A stretch of DNA of 58,653 bases, filler included, from Dimargaris cristalligena (lineage: Eukaryota), in NCBI GenBank assembly GCA_003614675.1. It is 5 parts of 5 records of this genome, joined end to end, with 100 filler letters (N's around TTAATTAATTAA, not from the genome) between each part and the next. Parts side by side here need not be neighbours in the genome. Positions count along the whole stretch, not along the records: positions 47,026 to 58,653 come from ML003098.1; 4 more parts are not named here. One strand, written 5' to 3'. How positions within the stretch are numbered: position 1 is the stretch's first letter; each line of letters starts with the position of its first letter. The translations under genes and the position numbers were made by a program. Shown here piece by piece: positions 48,832 to 58,653 of this stretch. Under the pieces are notes generated by a model. That model was not told where the DNA came from and made no database searches. It saw only the letters and a list, made by a program, of their open reading frames with translations.

Positions 48832-51635
48832 ATGGCCGACGACCAACCGCTTATCTACGTCGAACACTTTTCACAGCTGCGTAAAATCTCGCTGTTCGCG
48901 GGGTTCCGGTCAACGTCTGGCATAACGCCCCCACATGCCCAGTTGGCCGTGCAGCGGAATGGAATCACCGTGGAGTCCATCCCAACGGTAACAACGATGT
49001 TCGATTCTAAACTAGCCGCCACCACCGCCCCGGTCGAGCCGATAACGGTGTCCTGCCTCCTCCAACCCTCCTCCGCTCGTTTTCAACTGGTCCCAGCGGC
49101 ACCCACCTCACTCGATTGTGCGGTATCCAACCCCTCCGACCGACCCCGGATACTACATTTAACGCTAGCTACCAGCCAGTCGGCTAATAACCACGGCTCG
49201 GGGCCGCCCCGCCAACTAACGGCAGGGTCGTCGTCCGCCGGGGTCTTCCTGACCGACATGGAACCCCCCTTGACTGCGGCCCAATTACACGAACGGGCCA
49301 CCGGCATCCAATGTCGGTGGTGCCTCCAACTGCTAGTGACCCCCGGTGCCCAAGAAGTCGGTGGGGATGATCACCCAGCTTCGGCTTCCGATCCTACTTT
49401 TACCGCTCTTAATCTTCCGTCCGAACACTGGTCCGAACTCCTGGACTGTTGGATGTGTCATCCCGACGAGGAATTCAAATACTTCATGAAGTACGACCGG
49501 GATACCAGCCTGCCCGGTTTCCGGGTTCACTCGTGGCATCCTAAGTTGGCCCAAGTGATGGTCGGAAACACCTACTTACTGGTCGGCAGTCGCGATGTAC
49601 CCGATGGGGCTTACTCGGTCCAGGGTCGTTCTAACCCCCTCGATAAGAACACCATGGTAGGTCATTGGATCACACATTCTGCTATACTATCTTCTTACGG
49701 CTGGGTCTGTATTTATAGACTTTGGACTTTTTCACAAGAAAGTGACGGCGGCCAAGTGTCCAGCAGCCGTTCACTGATACGAAAGTCCTAGATTAATACG
49801 GAGAGAGGATTAGGTATTGCTGCTGTAGTCTGCCAGGTGGTCGTAAAAGAATGGTGTTTTAACCACTCTTTTATTGAGGTGCTTTACTTTTCGTAAGGCA
49901 TCGGCCAATTTGGCATTCTACTCAGTTTCTATCACGGATCCCCTCTCCCGGCCTCTATTGAACGACTTTCCGGGCCCGTTGATCTGCTTCACTGCCCTAG
50001 GTAGTGAAGCGGGCTATAATGGGTCACGGCAAGCGGTTCCAACGGAAAGCTACCATAGTTGGGCTACATTTCATTTGTTTGTTTTTTACACTATATCTGG
50101 GATTTTTATTCTGGAGATTGATTTGGTAATCAATTGTAACCAATTCAATTTATTTGCCAATTAACCACCTTGGCGCTTTGCCTTTATTCATTTCTAACCC
50201 ACCTGTATGTCATTTGTGCCATTAGCTCTACGAGAACCACGAAGAGATATGCTGCAAGCGGTGTTTGGCGCCCATCGGTCAGCGCTGGAAACCCGCGGTG
50301 CCGGCCGCTAATTCGACCGATTATTCGCCACTTCAAGGTATGTTTTTATCATCATAGTTTCATGGCAAACCCCTTCGTACACCCAAATCCAGCAGTGTCT
50401 ATGGTTTATCTAACCCCATTTAATTTCCTAATATCTAATTCTCACACTCTATATTCTCTACGATCCATCTTCATTTACATAGACGAATACACCATCATGC
50501 TATTTAAATACGCCACTGAAATTGCTCTCAAGGAACGGAAAGAGTAGGGAACCTCGTTTATTTCTCCAGATGTATCGGAAATCCTTACATTCCAGCTTTG
50601 TTTTTTTTATATATACCAATTCTATCCACTATTGGTTTGCGGGACTTTGCCACTATATATTCAACCATTGAATGTCACTGGTTTGTTTACTCTACTATTG
50701 TCCCTTTAGAACTATTCGGCTCCCATTATCCTCTGCGCTGGTGGCCGACTTGGTAGAAATGGGCAAAGCCCATGCGAATTACCGATTTTGTCTCTTCTCA
50801 CATGGCCAACGCCAGCCTGTGGCTCTGGTAAGTTATGGACCGTGTCGATCGGGTATTCTTTTAATGCGTATATATACTTACTTTGCTAGACCACTTTAGT
50901 TTCCTTTTACTCATCCGAATATCTTATCCGACATGCATTCTTCATAACCTCTTATTTAGCTATGGCTCCTGCAGTGGAATTTGGCTGTAACCACCAATGC
51001 CTACCATGGAATGGTTCATACACTACCGTTTAGCGCCTTTGACCATACCTGGTCGCAACTCCAATCGTTCGGGGAGCAGCTCACCAATGGTACGTTCTCA
51101 TTCGACTAGCCGACCCCAATGTATACCAGCTACTTTTACCAACGGGTGCCCACTAAAAGGCGCCACACTAACATGCCTCATTGTTGATCCGCTAAACTAA
51201 CCGCACCCATTCCTTCGCTTCGTTCATATCAATCCTATTTATATCCGGTTTAATACGGCAATAGTCCTCAAAGTGTGTTACCTCGACCAATCGTCTGATC
51301 CCGAAACATTTAAGCGGTAAGTGACTTAGCCTAGTATCATTGTCCGACTCACCTGTCTGTCTTTTTATTTTTATTTTTTGAATTTATTCTTTGCCTAGCC
51401 ACTTTTCAACCCATATTAACCCTACTCTCTGTCCATGATGATCAAATTTATTATATTGCTGCCCACCCATAGTCACTGCAGTCAATGGGCCACCAGGAAC
51501 GATGTAGAATCGCTTTTTTACGCCGAGACGCAATGCCAAGAAGTTATGACACTACTTCGGTTAAGCACTCTGGCTATCCCACCCGAAAACCGACAGTTTA
51601 CCGAGTTTTCCGTTGGGATTATACCCGTCGGTTGA
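48832..51635 (+). CDS. HECT_2-domain protein (UBE3D / yeast Ipa1-like); exons 48832-49656, 50226-50337, 50483-50543, 50710-50827, 50960-51089, 51265-51316, 51473-51635; 486 aa
   Basis: Exons total 1461 nt with compatible phases. CRWC..ALNLPSEHWSELLDCWMCH, ICCKRCLAPIG, LFKY, AHANYRF, LWLLQWN, VLKVCY and LRLSTLAIPPENRQF..FSVG fit the UBE3D/Ipa1 family. Confidence 0.82.
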
Positions 51636-51847
51636 AGGGCGGGGTAAAATAATTAGCATTCACTACTAAAATTAAATTGGAATGTCCTAAATAAACACAA
51701 ACACCTTTTATTTTTTTAATATACGAAACATAAATGGCCCAAGTGTCGAAATCAATCGGCTGGCTTACATAAAGGTGGTTACTTATCCTATGACATACTA
51801 GATTCGTAATGAACCGATCAAATAAACGGTACAAGTCGATCTCGGTT

Positions 51848-53338
51848 TCAGTACATTTTGCCGGGAATGGTGGCTTGCACGGGAAGTAGAATGCCGCTGT
51901 AATCGATACCTAACGCCTTAAGATGTTCAGCTGACGTCCGCATAGCCAAGCGGCTGGGGTTAGACTGGAAATACAGCCAGTTGGGATTGTAGAGTAACTG
52001 GTGGCACTCGTAGCTGTCCAAGGTTTGGAGCTGCTGGGCCTTGTCGGCCGGGAACATTTTCTTTAGCCTCGCAGCCGCGGTGGTTAGGCCCAGTTTAGTG
52101 GTACACCGGACGTAAGCCTGTTGGTCGGTATTGGCAAAGGACGGTTGATTATGGGAAAACAGGGTCTGGGGATCCAGGCCCCTATCGAGGGCCAGAACCA
52201 GGGCCAGCAGGGGGATGCGCTGGTCTACCACCAGAAAGGCGGAGAGGGCCCGAAGTAGTTGATTTACCTTGGCCACCTCCTCCCGGTGTATTAGAACGGC
52301 TATGATTTCAGGCAGCCACAGGTCCCAGGTGATTTGGCTGAGAGTGGCGCTTAGGTGGGACACGCGGGCCGGGGGCGAGGGCGACGCTGAGCCCGACTGA
52401 CTAGACGGGGAGTTTTGGAGTATTTTCGCCACTACGGGCTGGGCCTGGGCCGCAAGGAGAGGTTCGGTTTCCCGTTGGACCTGTACGCGGTCTGACTTCC
52501 AGACGACACGCATCACAAGGTCAACATTATCCTCCAAAGCCGCATAAACCAACGGTAGCAACTTTTCCACGACCGCTGGTTTCGAGTCGATGGCCATGAA
52601 GTCTACGAAGACCAAATCCTTTTGGATCTGGGGCCATTCGGACAACAAATGTAGGGTCGAGGGGTCAGTGGGAGGGAGCGTCGGGCGGCTTCCTCCGCTG
52701 GTGGGGGAGGTTTGGCCATTCTGGCTGCGGAGGTAGGCCACCAAGGTGCGGTAGACTAAAGGTAGGTCAATTTGGTAGAAAAGGCGGTTGATATGAACCA
52801 AATGGGCCTCACGGCGCATAACGGCGGCGTAATAATGGCTTAGTTGGATATCGGGCAAACGTTGACCATCGAGGGCCGAGTCGCTAATTCGCTGGAGGAT
52901 TTGGAGGGGCTATAGGATTATAGAACATTATGGTGTAAAAAGCCAAAAAAATAAATATATAAAAAAAACATTAGCCAATGCTTATAGTTTCGTGCTAGGG
53001 ATATCGCTGAAATCCCACCACGTACACGGGGAGGAAGAGGAGGAGGAGGGTCGGAACTAGTGAGTCGAAATTATATGGGAAGCCAGTGGGGCCCCATAAT
53101 GACAGAAGGAAAATCATAGTAAACCCACCGATTGACTTTTGTAGCTCGAAACATCCTCGAACTGACGTTGATAGCCACGGCCGAACTTTGCACCCACGTC
53201 GGGCAATTTAATTCCACCCCGCTGTTGTACCTCCACCGGCGATGTCTCGATGCCACTGACTGACTGGTGCGACAGCAGAGATAAAAATAGCCAGAGGGCC
53301 GGGGATCCCCAACGGGAGATGGTCATTTTAGACAACAT
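51848..53338 (-). CDS. Secreted orphan protein with a degenerate F-box-like segment; exons 53129-53338, 51848-52909; ~423 aa; probable paralogue of 26222-27709
   Basis: Signal-peptide-like MLSKMTISRWGSPALWLFLSLLSHQSVSG (start may be 53326); phase-0 intron TCG|gtgggt...ctatag|CCC; TATAAAA on the minus strand near 53520; long open second exon. Confidence 0.7.
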
Positions 53339-56300
53339 AGTGGTCAATAAAACAGACCGAAACGATTCGATAGATTGGTTGGTCGTAGACTTGTCAATAA
53401 CTAAAAGGGTGGGATATAAACACCCAGAAGAATAGTCCACAGGTTAATAATGGAAGTAGGGACTGCTCTGGACAAATGGTGTTTGATAATTGGGAATGGA
53501 GACAGGGAATGGCCAGGCTTTTATACACCAGCACCAAAGTAATTTGGCAATCCTAGTACAGTGGTTTATCTGACTCCAAAAATTGCAGTCAAGAGGGGGG
53601 AAGGCTTAGCATTGCGGGTGGAGCGTAGCAGGTTATGTTGGGACACTCTGTGCCTTCACTATTTCCAATTAGCCCGAAATAAACCTAAAACCCGAGATTT
53701 ATATCGCATGATCTCCCCATTAGGGGGGTTCGGAATATGCCTCAATGGCTGGTCGTATCGGGCAACTTGCACATGGGTCATCTCTACTTTGGGGAGCTTG
53801 TGCTCCCTTTTCGCCGGACTTCTGGGCTAATTGGAATGCACCAGGCCCATTTCCCTCTCCCTCCCATTTTTAAAAGCCGAAGCTTCGAAGCGTTCCACTA
53901 GTTTCGTGGGTCAATAGTGGTGAGGTTGCACAGAGGTGCCGCATCTATTTAGATGAATAGAAGGGAAGTAAAAGCGACTGGCCTAATGCTCTCTTCACCA
54001 CTACCACCACTACAATCTCCGCTGACTTATTGTGCTGCATATTAATATAAATATATATTGGATAATTCTCAGCCGTCAGGGTGGCTGGTATTACGAATAA
54101 GCCATTATATCGGTGGAAGTGTCCCTTCTACTTGATATACCTTATCTCTCTTGCTGCGGTCCCAGTTCCCTGGAGGTCTTATCCTCCTTGCGGCTGCTAC
54201 CTGCTCTATAGTAAATTCGTAAGGCTTAGTGTCGTCTATCGATGGCCAACTTTCCCCACTCTTCCTAACACCCCTCCGGACTTGTTGAATGTCGCCCTTC
54301 CTTGATTAGAGACCCAATGTCTTCACCATGGCTATATTTCCGGACAAAATACCGTTACCATAGACTAGGGACCAACTACCTTCACTGGGATTAAAGGCTG
54401 TATGAGATTGCACTGGCATTCCAACGGACTTGTCGTGCGAACTACTTGGTGGAACCATCTTTGTATACATATATGGGAGGTTATATTTATGCTATTTGGT
54501 AGGTTAATTCAATTTGGAGGATATATACAATTGCAGACGATCCCTAGGGGGGGGGGCACAGTGGAGGTCGCCTATTGAAAGCTAGGGGATGGCCATAGTT
54601 CCAAAAAGAACAAACCGAAAGTCCAGACTGGTGTATGGGATTGGTGTGACACTTCTATGCTAATGTGTGAACTATGACTGGTAAATGGCTCATGGTGGGG
54701 CTAGAGCCAATGTTTGGCCTCGCAGCTCTCGGGATGGGGTATATCTCGGACCCATGGTCGGCTGAAAAGAAGTCGATGGCTAATTCACCACTATATCGGT
54801 AGATTCTGCCAGGGTTGAGGGCTTCACAAACTAATATGAAGGCACCTCTTTCTATCTTGAGAATAATATGGTTAAGAGGTTTATATAGTATCGTTTGATT
54901 ACACGGAGTTGAGCGTCGATTTCCAACCAACTCGAAGCCAGTCATGTCTATTTACCAACTAGGTAATAATATATGCTGTGTTGTCCAGCCTGCGATGTTT
55001 GACTGTTAGAAGTGAATACCACTTGGCACCCACGGCCAATTTAACTAATCATTGGTTAGCTCACTTTCATCCGGCCAACGCCAATTTTCGTTGCCAATAA
55101 TAGGATATATTATGGTATATCTCCATCGTTTATGTATTTTAAAGGGCTCTAGAATCCTACGATGGAAAGAAAGTAGTTGACTATTTGAAGGATACTATAA
55201 TATATATATAATAATATAGCGTTTCCAATGTCTCTTGTCTTTCAGAGGGAAACGGTACTTAGTATTTCCCACTTTCAGCAACCACGTACATCATCTACTA
55301 TATGCTCCAGCACCCTCGAATCCAAACTTTCTCCTCCTTCTAGCACATTTTTACATGTAAGCCGGGGGCCCTCCATATCGGTATCAACGCGTCTTGAGAA
55401 GAAGCCTGGGCCCATGTCCCACATTCCTAGGCTTATTAGATCCAAGGGGGAGCCGCCCAACCCTGCCCATATGTGGCTCACTCGCTGAGGTGTCTAATTA
55501 CAGTCCACCAAAACATGGCCTGAATTATTTTAGAGACGATGGTAACCAAACCGAGCCCATAGCATAACTTACAGGTAGTGTGATCCAGCCAACTTAATCC
55601 CAGGGTATGTATAACTTATAGGCAGGGTGCAACCAAAGTCGCCTGATGACTGTACAGGCGACGCCCCTTAAGTCAACACTATGTGGTCTAGTTGATTAAT
55701 ATGTGCTAGGCACGTATTGTGGTACATCCGGTATATAATATATCCCCCTTGCTGGGCTACTAATTTGCCCGCCATTCTTTTAGGCCAACCGGTTTAAAAT
55801 TTAGGCGTATGGCTATAAAATTATGAGTGGTAGGCAAATAAGACCAATAATCATGGGCGGTAGTCTCTATTTAACCTTACCAACGTGTTTCTGGCGGATA
55901 GTGCCTTCCACGTCATTTCCCATAACATTTTTGCATATTTACATTCAATTATGCACTACCTACATATTGCCGTATAGTCAGTAAACCTGAAATTCATGGC
56001 GCAAAGTGGCCTGCCCTGGTCGCCAGGGTTTCTAAACAAGAAAGACTCAGCATGTGGGTATGCATTCTTGAACCAAGTTGGTGTGATGAATGCAGTGAGA
56101 AGTTGGATTGATTCACCATTGCCTAGTTCGACAACCGGTTACCTCACTGAGGAACTGGGCTGAGCTGTTCGCATTCTATAGTTATAATCACATTTAATTG
56201 AAATATATACTTGCGGTACTATTCTAGTTTTAATAATTTCGTCACATTGACCTCATGAAAAGGCTGTGTTACTAATCAACGCAATCGCTTGCCCTGTTGC

Positions 56301-58418
56301 ATATCCAAGGGCTGATTCAAAAATATCCAAGTCGGAGAGTGAATTCACCCCTGTGAAACCTCCTCTTGGGGGCCTATATAGAGTTTGATTTTGGAGACTA
56401 TATGGAAAACGCAAGACCAAGTAAAGTGGTGACATGTCACTTGGTTCCTTTAGGGGATGCGTTCGGCACTAGCCTCACTATTGGCAGTTGGATCATGAAG
56501 TAACAACCAGAAAAATGCATTAATACCACTATTTTGCACCAACCGCTGAACCCCGGTAATTAAATGTTGATTCCCCAATGATTAGGGTTATTAAATAGAG
56601 TGCGTATCACCAACGTCGTTGAGTGCCTATCGAGAAACATTTCGACGTGTATTAGGGAAATCCCGAATATAGCCAATATTCGCTTGCATTACTGGTAGTC
56701 TAAAGGTAAAAGGTCCGTTATCAAGGTCAGTCTAGGTTATATCAATACATGCTAATTAGTGGAAAGGCTACTCCAACGAGCGATACCCAGTCTTTGAATA
56801 AATACAGATACCATTAGCACTGCGTCTATCGTATAACCGAATACTGACTTCAGATGGAATACCTTGGCCCAACCCCCTACATTACACTCCCCCTTTATTG
56901 CTCGCTTCGGACAACTCCCCGTCTTCCTTCCTATGATCTATTCCCTCCCATTGATATCATAAACGCATTTGGATATCTTATTAGACGAGCCGCCAGCTAC
57001 CCATGGTATCCTTTGAAGCCCATTGTTTTTCGACAAGTCCCCAGCCCCTTACACTACCAGAAAAATCCCATTATTATTACCAATGGAATTGGTATCTAAT
57101 GTTACACAATTGTGACTCGGCTGGGAACTACATCAGTGAACCACTATTTTCCTGATTAACCAGTATAATGTACATCTATGCGGACGGCGACTGTATTATG
57201 GGGTGCCAGTCGAGGTCACCTTTGCTATGGTGGAGAAGTGACTACTGGCCTGGTAACAATAGGAAACCCCTAGAGTCATATCTGTAATAAATTCCTGTCT
57301 TTGAAAAGATGGTCTTGTGAATTCGCTGCACGGTGTCGAATGAGAATATTAGAATGGTACCGATACGTTAAGAGGCATTGCGTGGTAAGATTATGCCTGC
57401 CGACTCAGCCGTCCAAGGGCGACAAAGTAATTAAATAATTTTCTAATAGAACAGCCTCGGACAGCTCTCAGTAGTGGTACAGTATTGACCAAACTATGCT
57501 AAACAAATTTCAATATTTTTCACTTATAATATTCAATATACCTGAGGTAATAGGCTGGCTGCGGGCAAGGAAAATCGCAAGGCGCTGTAAATCGGAAGGT
57601 ACTTATGATGCCTATTTTTGTTTTGACTCTCCTCGACACTGTACAGTATACGAGCCCTGAAAAGAGTGGTTCAACTTGAATTTGAAATTAGTGATGGATG
57701 CCGATTTCGAGTGGCCCTTCGGGGGACAGGTGAAATGGCAATAGGCAACAGCCACCACCAGGGCGCCTCGTTATGCTGGAAAAAAATATTATTACACTGG
57801 GGCCCGACCTTCCCTGCTAGAGGTGTCGCGATAAAATTATCACCAATAACATAATAAATATTCCCAGTCATTCGTCCGAACCTACCCTTCATGCGACGAG
57901 TATAGCCTAGGATAGTCGGCGGAACAGTGCTCCCCAAACAAATTAATGAAGACTTAATGACCATAGGACCCCGATAATAGTTGGGGACACTTTATCGACC
58001 AATCAGGACGAAGAATAGTAGAGGGTATCTATAGGGTATATTCGGACGGGTTAGTTGGTGAGCTGTCATGTCTGGTGCAGGGGGGAGTTACTTGATGACT
58101 ATTTAATCGGCAATACCATGCAAAACATAGTCAGTCAAGAGTCATCTCAAATCTTCAGAGGAAGAGCATTAAAAAAACTACACCAAACAATCCAGGGGAT
58201 CCGGTATCACAAATCAACTCGTTAAGCCCATGATTACAAAGGGAATATAAATACTCACGATGGATTTACCTAAAGCAGTACCCTCAACCACTCACTCTAC
58301 CCCAGTCCCTTCGCTAGACTGTTATCATTTTACATTATCTATAAAATACACTTTAGCCATTCACTGCACCCGTTCGGATAATTTATCGACCCACCACCCT
58401 ACTCTTACCATATCCGCA

Positions 58419-58653
58419 ATGCCTGGTTCCCCCTCAGCCGTTTCTTCCAAGGTCCCTCAGATTCCCGTAATTCCAAAGGATTATCAACCCACATTTCACC
58501 TGCCACTCGGCAAGCCGCGAGTCACTATTGCGGGATACTCGGCCTGGGCATCAAATCTGCATTCGCCGTATTTGCAAGAGGCCCGTGAGGATGTATTCGA
58601 ACAGACAGTTCAACTGGCTACTGCCATTCTTCTGGGACGATATTACCGCCAGC
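58419..58653 (+). CDS. 5' part of a gene running off the window, possibly NRPS/NRPS-like (condensation-domain fragment)
   Basis: Open frame to the end: MPGSPSAVSSKVPQIPVIPKDYQP..EQTVQLATAILLGRYYRQ. IPKDY and AILLGRYYRQ resemble C-domain motifs LPxDy and AWALLLSRYTGQ. TATAAATA at about 58246. Only 78 codons visible. Confidence 0.4.
   Translation, partial: MPGSPSAVSSKVPQIPVIPKDYQPTFHLPLGKPRVTIAGYSAWASNLHSPYLQEAREDVFEQTVQLATAILLGRYYRQ

Noticed and set aside
53500..58200. Scattered 60-97 aa ORFs in the last 5 kb
   Set aside because: No codon bias, motifs or consistent splice pattern; treated as intergenic.

Overview
Eukaryotic (fungal) genomic DNA, not one contiguous locus. Five ~11.6-kb pieces of steadily decreasing length (11662, 11657, 11656, 11650, 11628 nt) are joined by identical 100-nt N44-TTAATTAATTAA-N44 spacers, so neighbourhood across spacers means nothing. 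Spliceosomal GT-AG introns, an EBP-type sterol isomerase, a full-length KAT14/CSRP2BP orthologue and a cysteine-free CAP protein suggest an early-diverging fungus. A Zoopagomycota mycoparasite such as Dimargaris is my guess, by inference only. Contig 1: EBP, a 3-exon CaMK-I kinase and a 14-exon KAT14/Atac2-like acetyltransferase that the ORF track largely misses. Contig 2: a divergent HSP20-like protein, a secreted Ser/Thr-rich CAP protein and a truncated tRNA-Val(AAC). Contig 3: gene-sparse, with CpG-decayed transposon relics (including a dead DIRS-like tyrosine recombinase and an inverted repeat pair) around two secreted orphans. Contig 4: UTP10 (partial), an M3A oligopeptidase with substituted catalytic-loop residues and NHP6. 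Contig 5: truncated DBP9, a 7-exon UBE3D/Ipa1 gene, a second secreted orphan and a possible NRPS start. Best novelty candidate: the two ~420-aa, two-exon proteins on different contigs (26222-27709 and 51848-53338) appear to be distant paralogues with signal peptide + F-box(-like) motif + a shared unknown C-terminal domain, i.e. a putative family of secreted F-box effectors. All alignments and exon models were made by eye; no database searches were run.
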